Shown here: piece by piece, positions 26,614 to 39,825 of the stretch
Position numbering within the stretch: position 1 is the first letter of the stretch
How the letters are laid out: each line of letters starts with the position of its first letter
Assembly (NCBI RefSeq): GCF_964355755.1
Contig: NC_092672.1
Span: forward strand, 10,850,001-10,914,000
Origin: Antedon mediterranea
Lineage: Eukaryota > Animalia > Echinodermata
Direction of reading: 5' to 3'
DNA length: 64,000 nt
The notes under the pieces: generated by a model
Seen by the model: only the letters and a program-made list of their open reading frames with translations
What the model was told of the DNA's origin: nothing
Database searches by the model: none
Position numbers and translations under genes: made by a program

Positions 26614-27862
26614 GGCTTTATTTTTTACAGTAGTTATCTGAAACAAAACAAATTATTATTAATAATTAAATTCATCAATACAGATACAGTACTGAATTAA
26701 CTATCTTACTACAGTACTAGTGGTGAAGCCCATATTTTGTTTAGATATATTTTAAAGGATTATTCTACATTACAAGAAGAATAGAATATCGCATTTTGTT
26801 ATTTTAGTAGTAAAATATTGATTGTTTTACCCAGGTCTAGTAGGGCTAGCTGGGCTACTACTAGGCTAGGCCATACCCTGCAGGTTTGGCTAGCCTAACA
26901 CCAGCCCTACTGCTGTTTCAACTCCAAATGTGTTAACTAACTATATCATGAATAGCAAATCTTGGATTTAGGCTTTAAGTAGGCCTCATAAGTAGGCTCA
27001 CGTCTGACCCTTATAAAATGTATAAACAAATAAATCCTTTAAATTGATGACATGTACAGTAAACGCTGACACTCAACAGTAACATATTTATTTTAGTCTG
27101 TTCAAATAGCGAAACGTTGTCATGCCCAATTTCAAATTGTGCATAACATAACAAAAGCATGACAATAACTTTATATAGGCCTAGGCCTATATATATATAG
27201 CCTATATAGCCTATATATGGATACCCTACATTTATAAACAATCAATGTACAAATGAAATGTCATTAATAAAGAATAAAACAATTTTGGCTAAATTGAACA
27301 GCAAATTCGGTCTACTAATTACTATAGCCAGCTAGCTCTGCGTGATGTAGCAGGGGAAAATTTCATTTTTAAATTTTGTTTAGCAATATTGCTAATCAAA
27401 CTGATGTTGAAGTCGAGAAACATAGTTTTGTATTGTATTTTTTGCTACACAATTTTAAAAATCTGTAGCAAAAAGGTTGTTTTGTAATACTAATAGGCCT
27501 AGGCTAGTATAGCTTTTTGCTATGCTACACTGGCGAAATTATTCTGTGTGTAGGCATTTAAGCTGCGTGATGTAGGCATTTAGCTAGTTTATGCGGCCTG
27601 CCTAGTTAGGCCCAGTAGGCCTAGGCTAAGCCTATGCCCCTTGGCCTAGCCCTAGTAGACTAGCTAGGCGCTAGCTAGGCCCTGTACTGTAGCTGTGAAC
27701 CAGTAGGCCTAGCTAGGCTAGGATACTATTTATTATGCCTCCCTAGCTAGGCTAGGCCTATACTGGTTTACAGTACAGCTCTAAGGAATGGGCTACTTTA
27801 CATACTGTACTGTAGGCCTACCTCAACAATAGGATGATACTGACAGTTGTGGGTATGTGTTA

Positions 27863-28145
27863 TGCGCGATTTGAACGATTTGCGCAATTTGAAATTGCGC
27901 AAAAAAATCCTTGCGCAATTTGAAATTGCGCAAAGAATTCTTGCGCAATTTAAAATTGCGCAAGGATTTTTTTGCGCAATTTCAAATTGCGCAATCAACT
28001 TGCGCAATTTCAAATTGCGCAAGAAAATCTTTGCGCAATTTTAAATTGCGCTGCACAATTTGTAAATTGCGCAAGATAGTTCTTGCGCAAAATGACACCT
28101 TTGCGCAATTTGAAAACGAACTGTAAATTTTCAAATTGCGCAACA
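27863..28145. repeat. Array of ~15 TTGCGCAA palindromes at ~15-bp spacing
   Basis: Directly visible (TTGCGCAATTTGAAATTGCGCAA units); probably a remnant of a subterminal-repeat MITE. Confidence 0.85.
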
Positions 28146-28748
28146 AAATTCTACCAGACAATCGCGGTATTATAATATCTTTGGCCTAGGGTGGGCCTAG
28201 GTTTCAGGCAGAAAAGAACATCTTGAGTTTGTGTAATTATATATCTATTTATAGTTATTTTAAAATATATCCCTAACATTTAAAAAGTTATATATATTAC
28301 TGATAATTAATTGTAAGAAGGATACTCTACCTAATGATATTATCAATTAAATGTATTTCCGTACGAAATTAATTATATACGAGGATGGCATAAGTGATAG
28401 CTCTCTGTTATCAAAAAACAACTACATACAAATTCATGTTGCCTTTTCATTCTTTTGGGTTTTTTTACTTGTTTTATTTACTTCGTGGCGCTATAGTATC
28501 TTTGCCCTAGGCCTCCTCCTCTGTGCTCTCACTTCGTTCGTTTTGCTACCTGATCCGTGCAGGCCTAGGCCTAGGCTAGACTGGATATTATGATTGCAAG
28601 CCAAAAAGGTAGATTTAGAAGCATATTTTATTGATTACCCATCATCAGTGTCACCCTTAACAGATAGTTAAGCTATATTTGTAGGTCATAGCTTATTTCA
28701 GACAATATTTTAGCCTCCAAAAAGGGCAGATTAGGCCTAGCCTAGGCC

Positions 28749-29511
28749 GGATGCTAGTCAAGTCGCCCCATCGCAAAGTCGCCCCATACAAAGTCGCCCC
28801 TTACACAGTCGCCCCATCGCAAAGTCGCCCCAAAACAAAGTCGCCCCGACACAGTCGCCCCATCGCAAAGTCGCCCCATCGCAAAGTCGCCCCAACGCAA
28901 AGTCGCCCCATCGCAAAGTCGCCCCATCACAAAGTCGCCCTATCGCAAAGTCAAAAATGAGCTGGTATCCAGGCGTAGGTTGAAGAAAGATTCGTAATTG
29001 TGGCTCTGGTAACTAATTTAACATTTTCGAAACTATAAATCAGGGATAATCTTTTTAGAACTTTCAAACAAGGGACTATTTTTTTAATGATTTTTAAAAA
29101 GCACTTCATTAAAACCTGTAAAATAAAAATTAAAACACAAATTATGTATATAATAGGATAAACATTGTAATGTAGGCCTAGGCCTACTATACGACATTTA
29201 GCGCGACCAAAGTAACAACGCAATCGATATCAAACGCAACCGATATGATTAAAACAGCGTACTACTACGGCGGCGCTTCATAATCATACCGAAATAAAAC
29301 CGTGGGCGACTTTGCGATGGGGCGCCTTTGCGATGGGGCGACTTTGCGTTGGGGCGACTTTGCGCTGGGGCGACTTTGTAATGGGGCGACTTTGCGATGG
29401 GGCGACTGTGCCTGGGCGACTTTGTTTTGGGGCGACTTTGCGATGGGGCGACTTTGTATTGGGCGACTTTGTATGGGGCGACTTTGCGATGGGGCGACTT
29501 GACTGGATCCC
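28749..29511 (-). mobile_element. Non-autonomous DNA transposon (MULE- or Merlin-like), internally deleted copy A
   Basis: Termini GGATGCTAGTCAAGTCGCCCC / GGGGCGACTTGACTGGATCCC with inverted arrays of 15-bp AAAGTCGCCCCATCG units. 8-bp TSD CCTAGGCC at 28741-28748 and 29512-29519. Confidence 0.88.
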
Positions 29512-30489
29512 CCTAGGCCTAGCCTATTATAGCCTATAGGCCTAGCTAGAAAGAGGCTAGGCCTAGGCTAGCTAGGGCCTAGGCCTAGTTAGGCTAGCAT
29601 CTCGCTACTCTAGCTAGTAGTTTAGGCCTAGGTAGGCCTAGTACTACTAGGCCTATAGCCTAGCTGGCCTACTAGTACTAGGGCTAGCCTAGTCTTGCTA
29701 GGCCTAGAAAGAAGTAGTAGGCCTAGCTAGGCTACTACGGATCCGCTACTACTACTAGCTAGGCTAGGCTACTAGGCCCACCTGGTTAGGGATCCCCTGG
29801 TTAGGCCCTACTAGGGAACTGGTAGGCTAGCTAGCTAGGCCTACTTACTAGCTAATAAATAAGTCTAGGCCTAGGCTGCCTAACTAGCTAGCTCTATGTA
29901 TTCTAGTTAGGGCCTAGACTAGTTTATTAGGCCTTTGTTTAGGCTGATTAGGCCTGCCTAGTCCTAGTTAAATAAATAGGCATATAACCAGGCTCAGTCT
30001 AAACACTCTAGGCCTATCTATATGAGACCTGTGCTATTAATTATAGGACTAGACCTAGGGCCTTGCTAGCTAGCCAGCAGAATGGTCTAGAGAGGCATAG
30101 GCCTAGCTAGGGATAGGCTGGGGAGTCATAGACAGCCTATCTATATAAAATATTATTATTTCATTGCTAATGCCAAGGTATTATTTAGGCCTGTTTATTT
30201 TCAGGTTGAAAGCAATGGATAAAGAGAGATTCAATTCTACAACAAAAGTCAAACTCAAACTGATAATTAACAATGTTTCCAGTTAATTAATGTTAATTAT
30301 TTTAATAGATTGTAGTGACCCTAACTACCTTACTGTTTGTGTATGGCTGTAATATTATATTAAATGTCATCACAATTAGTAAGGTTGTGAGGCTTCACAA
30401 TTTCAAACAACTCTTCTTGTGTCTCTTCTTCATGTGGATGGATTAAAAAATACTGTGAGTATTGTACACTCTTTATATGAATATATCAT

Positions 30490-32790
30490 CAATCACAATA
30501 TCAAATATGATCAGTGTAGTCAAAATTTGATAACTTAGCATGAATCTTTTAATATCTACATCATCAATAATTAATATTAATATAAATCTACATCACAATG
30601 TTGGATATGATCTTTGTAGTCAAAATTTGATAACTGAGCACGCATCTTTTAATAACTACCTTATCAATAACTATTAATAATGTCCTATATCACAATGTAC
30701 AGTAGGATATGATCAGTGTTAGTCATAATTTGATAACTGAGCACGCATCTTTTAATATCTACCTCATCAATAATTAATATTAATATCATATATCACATTG
30801 TTCGATATGATCAGTGAAGTCAGAATTTGATAACTGAGCACGCATCTTTTAATATATACCTTATCAATGACTATTAATAATATCCTATATCACAATGTTG
30901 GATATGATTAGTGATTAGATAAATGAGCACGCATCTTTCAATATCTATTTCATCAATAATTATTTGTATTTTGTATTTGTATTTTTGTATTTGTATTATA
31001 ATAATTATTATTAATAATTTATATCACATTGTTCGATATGATCAGTGTAGTCATATTTGATAACTGAGCACGCCTCTTTCAATATCTATTTCATCAATAA
31101 TTATTTGTATTTTGTATTTGTATTTTTGTATTTGTACTGTATTATAATAATTATTATTAATAATTTATATCACATTGTTCGATATGATCAGTGTAGTCAT
31201 AATTTGATAACTGAGCACGCATCTTTCAATATCTATTTCATCAATAATTATTTGTATTTTGTATTTGTATTTTTGTATTTGTATTATAATAATTAATATT
31301 AATAATTTATATCACATTGTTTGATATGATCAGTGTAGTCATAATTTGATAACTGAGCACGCATCTTTCAATATCTATTTCATCAATAATTATTTGTATT
31401 TTGTATTTGTATTTTTGTATTTGTATTATAATAATTATTATTAATCATTTATATCACATTGTTCAATATGATCAGTGTAGTCATAATTTGATAACTGAGC
31501 ACGCATCTTTCAATATCTATTTCATCAATAATTATTTGTATTTTGTATTTGTATTTTGGTATTTGTATTATAATAATTATTATTAATAATTTATATCACA
31601 TTGTTGGATATGATCAGTGTAGTCATAATTTGATAACTGAGCACGCATCTTTCAATATCTATTTCATCAATAATTATTTGTATTTTGTATTTGTATTTTT
31701 GTATTTGTATTATAATAATTATTATTAATAATTTATATCACATTGTTCGATATGATCAGTGTAGTCATAATTTGATAACTGAGCACGCATCTTTCAATAT
31801 CTATTTCATCAATAATTATTATTAATAATTTATATCACATTGCTGGATATGATCAGTGTAGTCATAATTTGATAACTGAGCATACATCTTTAAAAATCTA
31901 CCTCATTAATAATTAATATTAATAATCTATATCACACTGTTGGATATGATCTGTTTAGTTTTTTAATATCTACCTTATCAATAACTATTAATAATATCCT
32001 ATATCACAATGTTGGATATTATCAGTGTAGTCATAGTTTGATAACTGTGAGCATACATATTTTAATATCTACCTCATCAATAATTATTATTAATAATCTA
32101 TATCACAATGTTGGATATGATTAGTGTAGTCATAATTTGATAACTGAGCACGCATCTTTCAATATCTATTTCATCAATAATTATTATTAATAATTTATAT
32201 CACATTGTTGGATATGATCAGTGTAGTCATACAGTAATTTGATAACTGAGCAAAAATCTTTTAATATCTACCTCATCAATAATTAATATTAATAATCTAT
32301 ATCACATTGTTCGATATGATCAGTGTAGTCATAATTTGATAACTGAGCACGCATCTTTCAATATCTACCTCATCAATAATTAATATTAATATCATATATC
32401 ACATTGTTCGATATGATCAGTGTAGTCATAATTTGATAACTGAGCACGCATCTTTTAAAATCTACCTCATCAATAATTAATATTAATAATCATATCGCAT
32501 TGTTCAATATGATCAGTGTAGTCATAAATTGATAACTGAGCAAAAATCTTTTAATATCTGCATCATCAATTAATATTAATAATCTATATCAAACTGTTGG
32601 ATATGATCTGTTTAGTTTTTTAATATCTACCTTTTCCAAAATAATATTCTATATCACAATGTTGGATATGATCAGTGTAATCATAGTTTGAACTACCTCA
32701 ACAATAATTAATATTAATTGTCTATATACCAATATCAAATATCAGTGTAGGCCTAGTCATTTGATAACTGAGCATGCATCATTTTATATC
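30490..32790 (+). repeat. 97-bp satellite array (+ orientation), including ~6 expanded 142-bp units at ~30940-31800
   Basis: Unit GATATGATCAGTGTAGTCATAATTTGATAACTGAGCACGCATCTTT...; the 142-bp variant carries an extra TTTGTA-rich 45 bp. Confidence 0.92.
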
Positions 32791-32809
32791 TGCTTCAAAT
32801 ATTAATATT

Positions 32810-34340
32810 GTCCTAATATAATAAGTGGTTTGAAGGATTTTTGCAGATGGCCTTTTTTGCATTGTAAAGTTTACACTTTAAAATCTGTCAATTTATCCAA
32901 AAAGGTCAAACTTTGACCTATTTCAATAAAATCATTTCATAAGTTGTCTTCTTTTATAGTTTTAGTGATAATCAATATTAAGTGGTTTTTTACCCCAAAA
33001 AAGTCAAACCTAGAGCTATTTTAATAAAATTATTTCATAAATTGTCTTCTTTTATAGTTCTAGTAGTGATATAATCAATATTAAGTGGTTTGGATGATGT
33101 TTGTGGGGTGTTTTTTAAAAGTTTGCACAGTTTACATGGTAAAATGTGTCAATTTATTCCTAGAGCTATTTCAATAAAATTATTTCATAATCACCCCAAA
33201 AATGTCAAACCTAGAACTATTTTAATAAAATGATTTCATAAATTGTCTTCTTTTATAGTTCTAGTAGTGGTATAATCAGTATTCAATTGTTTGAATGATG
33301 TTTGTGGGGTATTTTTTAAAGTTTGCATTAAGTTTACGCAGTTTACATGGTAAAATCTATCAATTATCCAAAATTGACATTTTTCACCCTAAAAAATCAA
33401 ACCTAGAGCTATTTCAATAAAATGATTTCATAAATTGTCCTCTTTTATAGTTCTAATAATGATATAATCAATATTAAGTGGTTTGAATGATGTTTGTGGG
33501 TGTTTTTTTAAAGTTTGCATTAAGTTTACGCAGTTGAAATGGTGAAATCTGTAAATTTATCCAAAATTGGCATTTTCACCCTAAAAAATCAAACTTAGAG
33601 CTATTTCTATTAAATTATTTTATAAATTGTCCTCTTTTATAGTTCTTGTAGTGCTATAATCAGTATTAAGTGGTTTGAATAATGTTTGTGGGGTGTTTTT
33701 TTTAAGTTTGCATTAAGTTTACGCAGTTTACGTGGTAAAATCTGTAAATTTATCCAAAATTGACATTTTTTACCCAAAAAATTCAAACCTAGAGCTATTT
33801 CAATAAAATTATTTCATAAATTGTCCTCTTTTATAGTTCTTGTAGTGGTATAATCAATATTAAGTGGTTTAGATGATGTTTGTGGGGTGTTTTTTTTTAA
33901 AGTTTGCACAGTTCACATGGTAAAATCTGTCAATTTATCCAATATTGACGTTTTCACTCCAAAAAAGTCAAACCTAGAGCTATTTCAATAACATTATTTC
34001 ATAAATTGTCTTCTTTTATAGTTCTAGTAGTGCTATAATCAGTATTCAATTGTTTGAATGATGTTTGTGGGGTATTTTTTAAAGTTTGCATTAAGTTTAC
34101 GCAGTTTAAATGGTAAAATCTGTCAATTTATCCAAAAATTGATATTTTTCACCCGAAAAAATCAAACCTAGAGCTATTTCAATAAAATGATTTCATAAAT
34201 TGTCCTCTTTTATAGTTCTTGTAGTGGTATAATCAATATTAAGTTGTTTGGATGATGTTTGTGGGTGTTTTTTTAAAGTTTGCATTACGTTTACGCAGTT
34301 TAAATGGTAAAATCTGTAAATTTATCCAAAATTGACATTT
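32810..34340. repeat. ~190-bp satellite, about 8 copies
   Basis: CAAACCTAGAGCTATTTCAATAAAA-like blocks recur at about 33009, 33210, 33402, 33594, 33788, 33973 and 34167. Confidence 0.9.
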
Positions 34341-35069
34341 TAAAACACGAACTAGGTTGTAAAAAGTGAAGGAAGTCATTATATTTTATTATTGTTTGGT
34401 CTACCCATAGTTATAGCAGGGAAGAGTTAAATTTAACTCTTCCCTGGTTATAGGTAATAAAGGATGCCTATCATAGTCAAATGGCAATAACTGATTAGCC
34501 GAGACCAATGACATTTAAAACAACTCCTACTTAAAATTCCCTACTTATACAGTACAGCAGCTTTTTGATTGGCTGCAAGTTTAGTTTTCTGTTCGTTCAT
34601 CAGAAATGGTATACATAATTATTAATCAATAAGATTACTGGATTTCTTTAGTATTTCTGACACATTTCCAATCTTAATTGAATTATTAATGTAATGGAAA
34701 TTGGTCATAGGCCTATTATAGCAACATATCATTTCTGGAAGAGTATTACGGTCTGTATAGATCGATGTTAAAACACACGTCCTCATTTATCAAATAATTC
34801 ATTCACTGCCCATTTATTCTGTTAAGAAGAACTGGGACCCTCAATAGAAGCCAAAGCATGTCTCATGATGGCCTCTACAATACATATCAAACATAAAAAG
34901 ATATGGAATATTTTTATTTTTACAGCGGCACACGTTCATCATAAACGATGCGTTCTTAAAAGTATAAATTTAAACAGCAAACGGATACAAATCAATAGGG
35001 TAATTAGGAACAAAAGAATAACACATTTTCAAAACCCATCGACTCGATCTCTTGTATACAGTAAATCTA

Positions 35070-38000
35070 ACAAAATCACACTGATCATATCCAACATTAA
35101 GTATTAATAATTATTATTGATTAGGTAGATAATAAAAGATGCGTTATATCAATTTATGAATACACAGATCATATCCAACAATGTGATATAGATTATTAAT
35201 AATAATTTTTAATGAGGTAGATATTTAAAGATGCGTGCTCAGTTATCAAATTATGACTACACTGATCATATCCAACAATGTGATATAAGACATTAATAAT
35301 AATTATTGATGAAATAGATATTTAAAGATGCGTGCTCAGTTATCAAATGACGACTACACTGATCATATCCAACAATGTGATATATGATATTAATATGAAT
35401 TATTGATGCGGTAGATATTGAAAGATGCGTGCTCAGTTATCAAATTCTGACTACACTGATCATATCCAACAATGTGATATATGATATTAATATAAATTAT
35501 TAATGAGGTAGATATTTAAAGATACGTGATCAGTTATCAAATTCTGACTACACTGATCATATCCAACAATGTGATATATGATATTAATATAAATTATTAA
35601 TGAGGTAGATATTGAAAGATACGTGATCAGTTATCAAATGACGACTACACTGATCATATCCAACAATGTGATATAGATTATTAATATTAATTAATGATGT
35701 GGTAGATATTAAAAGATGCGTGCTCAGTTATCAAATTCTGACTATACTGATCATATCCAACAATGTGATATACGATATTAATATAAATTATTAATGAGGT
35801 AGATATTGACAGATACGTGATCAGTTATCAAATGACGACTACACTGATCATATCCAACAATGTGATATATGATATTAATATGAATTATTGATGCGGTAGA
35901 TATTGAAAGACGCGTGCTCAGTTATCAAATTCTGACTACACAGATCATATCCAACAATGTGATATATGATATTAATATAAATTATTATTGAGGTAGATAT
36001 TAAAAAATACGTGCTCAGTTATCAAATTATGACTACACTGATCATATCCAACAATGTGATATATGATATTAATATTAATTAATGATAAGGTAGATATTGA
36101 AAAATACGTGATCAGTTATCAAATGACGACTACACTGATCTTATCCAACAATGTGATATATGATATTAATATAAATTATTGATGACGTAGATATTAAAAG
36201 ATGCGTGCTCAGTTATCAAATTCTGACTACACTGATCATATCCAACAATGTGATATATGATATTAATATAAATTATTAATGAGGTAGATATTAAAAGATG
36301 CGTGCTCAGTTATCAAATTCTGACTACACTGATCATATCCAACAATGTGATATATGATATTAATATAAATTATTAATGAGGTAGATATTGAAAGATGCGT
36401 GCTCAGTTATCAAATTCTGACTACACTGATCATATCCAACAATGTGATATATGATATTAATATAAATTATTATTGAGGTAGATATTAAAAGATACGTGCT
36501 CAGTTATCAAATTCTGACTACACTGATCATATCCAACAATGTGATATATGATATTAATATAAATTATTAATGAGGTAGATATTGACAGATACGTGATCAG
36601 TTATCAAATGACGACTACACTGATCATATCCAACAATGTGATATATGATATTAATATGAATTATTGATGCGGTAGATATTGAAAGACGCGTGCTCAGTTA
36701 TCAAATTCTGACTACAGAGATCATATCCAACAATGTGATATATGATATTAATATAAATTATTATTGAGGTAGATATTAAAAAATACGTGCTCAGTTATCA
36801 AATTATGACTACACTGATCATATCCAACAATGTGATATATGATATTAATATTAATTAATGATGAGGTAGATATTGAAAGATACGTGATCAGTTATCAAAT
36901 GACGACTACACTGATCATATCCAACAATGTGATATATGATATTAATATAAATTATTATTGAGGTAGATATTAAAAGATACGTGCTCAGTTATCAAATTCT
37001 GACTACACTGATCATATCCAACAATGTGATATATGATATTAATATAAATTATTAATGAGGTAGATATTAAAAGATACGTGCTCAGTTATCAAATTCTGAC
37101 TACACTGATCATATCCAACAATGTGATATATGATATTAATATAAATTATTAATGAGGTAGATATTTAAAGATGCGTGCTCAGTTATCAAATTACGACTAC
37201 ACTGATCATATCCAACAATGTGATATATGATATTAATATAAATTATTAATGAGTTAGATATTGAAAGATGCGTGCTCAGTTATCAAATTCTGACTACACT
37301 GATCATATCCAACAATGTGATATATGATATTAATATAAATTATTATTGAGGTAGATATTAAAAGATACGTGCTCAGTTATCAAATTCTGACTACACTGAT
37401 CATATCCAACAATGTGATATATGATATTAATATAAATTATTAATGAGGTAGATATTTAAAGATGCGTGCTCAGTTATCAAATTACGACTACACTGATCAT
37501 ATCCAACAATGTGATATATGATATTAATATAAATTATTATTGAGGTAGATATTAAAAGATACGTGCTCAGTTATCAATTTCTGACTACACTGATCATATC
37601 CAACAATGTGATATATGATATTAATATAAATTATTAATGAGGTAGATATTTAAAGATGCGTGCTCAGTTATCAAATTACGACTACACTGATCATATCCAA
37701 CAATGTGATATATGATATTAATATAAATTATTATTGAGGTAGATATTGAAAGATGCGTGCTCAGTTATCAAATTATGACTGCACTCATCATATTCAACAA
37801 TGTGATATAGGATATTAATAATAATTCTTAATGAGGTAGATATTGAAAGATACGTCCTCAGTTATCAAATTCTGACTACACGGATCATATCCAACAATGT
37901 GATATATGATATTAATATAAATTATTAATGAGGTAGATATTGAAAGATGCGTGCTCAGTTATCAAATTCTGACTACACTGATCATATCCAACAATGTGAT

Positions 38001-39825
38001 ATATGATATTAATATAAATTATTAATGAGGTAGATATTGACAGATACGTGATCAGTTATCAAATGACGACTACACTGATCATATCCAACAATGTGATATA
38101 TGATATTAATATAAATTATTAATGAGGTAGATATTGACAGATACGTGATCAGTTATCAAATGACGACTACACTGATCCTATCCAACAATGTGATATATGA
38201 TATTAATATGAATTATTGATGCGGTAGATATTGAAAGATGCGTGCTCAGTTATCAAATTCTGACTACACTGATCATATCCAACAATGTGATATATGATAT
38301 TAATATAAATTATTATTGAGGTAGATATTAAAAGATACGTGCTCAGTTATCAAATTATGACTACACTGATCATATCCAACAATGTGATATATGATATTAA
38401 TATTAATTAATGATGTGGTAGATATTGAAAGATACGTGATCAGTTATCAAATGACGACTACACTGATCATATCCAACAATGTGATATATGATATTAATAT
38501 AAATTATTATTGAGGTAGATATTAAAAGATACGTGCTCAGTTATCAAATTCTGACTACACTGATCATATCCAACAATGTGATATATGATATTAATATAAA
38601 TTATTAATGAGGTAGATATTAAAAGATACGTGCTCAGTTATCAAATTCTGACTACACTGATCATATCCAACAATGTGATATATGATATTAATATAAATTA
38701 TTAATGAGGTAGATATTTAAAGATGCGTGCTCAGTTATCAAATTACGACTACACTGATCATATCCAACAATGTGATATATGATATTAATATAAATTATTA
38801 ATGAGGTAGATATTGAAAGATGCGTGCTCAGTTATCAAATTCTGACTACACTGATCATATCCAACAATGTGATATATGATATTAATATAAATTATTATTG
38901 AGGTAGATATTAAAAGATACGTGCTCAGTTATCAAATTCTGACTACACTGATCATATCCAACAATGTGATATATGATATTAATATAAATTATTAATGAGG
39001 TAGATATTTAAAGATGCGTGCTCAGTTATCAAATTACGACTACACTGATCATATCCAACAATGTGATATATGATATTAATATAAATTATTATTGAGGTAG
39101 ATATTAAAAGATACGTGCTCAGTTATCAATTTCTGACTACACTGATCATATCCAACAATGTGATATATGATATTAATATAAATTATTAATGAGGTAGATA
39201 TTAAAAGATGCGTGCTCAGTTATCAAATTCTGACTACACTGATCATATCCAACAATGTGATATATGATATTAATATAAATTATTATTGAGGTAGATATTA
39301 AAGGATACGTGCTCAGTTATCAAATTCTGACTACACTGATCATATCCAACAATGTGATATATGATATTAATATAAATTATTAATGAGGTAGATATTTAAA
39401 GATGCGTGCTCAGTTATCAAATTACGACTACACTGATCATATCCAACAATGTGATATAGATTATTTATATTAATTTTGATGCGGTAGATATTTAAAGATG
39501 CGTGCTCAGTTATCAAATGACGACTACACTGATCATATCCAACAATGTGATATAGATTATTAATAATAATTATTGATGATGTAGATATTAAAAGATACGT
39601 GCTCAGTTATCAAATTATGACTACACTGATCATATCCAACAATGTGATATATGATATTAATATTAAAATTGATGACGTAGATTCTAAAAGATGCGTGCTC
39701 AGTTATCAAATTATGACTACACTCATCATATTCAACAACGTGATATAGATTATTAATAATAATTATTGATGAGGTAGATGTGAGATGCGTGCTCAGTTAT
39801 CAAATTGTAACTACACTGATCATAA
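35070..39825 (-). repeat. 97-bp satellite array (reverse orientation), about 49 copies
   Basis: Reverse complement of the 30490-32790 unit; period measured as 97 bp (TCCAACAATG at 36241 and 36338). Confidence 0.95.

Larger units (their letters stand above)
15681..27450 (+). mobile_element. IS3EU-like DNA transposon carrying a DDE integrase and a HECT E3 ligase (right boundary not determined)
   Basis: Sharp junction at 15681 interrupting the foldback arm. Terminus TATGG..., subterminal TG-rich and 21-bp repeats, and two convergent intact genes. The end coordinate is approximate. Confidence 0.7.

Noticed and set aside
27798-28126. Short ORFs with LRNLKLRK repeats
   Set aside because: They are artefacts of the TTGCGCAA array.
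30490-39825. CRISPR-like regular array
   Set aside because: Units are homogeneous over their whole length, with no unique spacers and no cas genes; this is eukaryotic satellite DNA.
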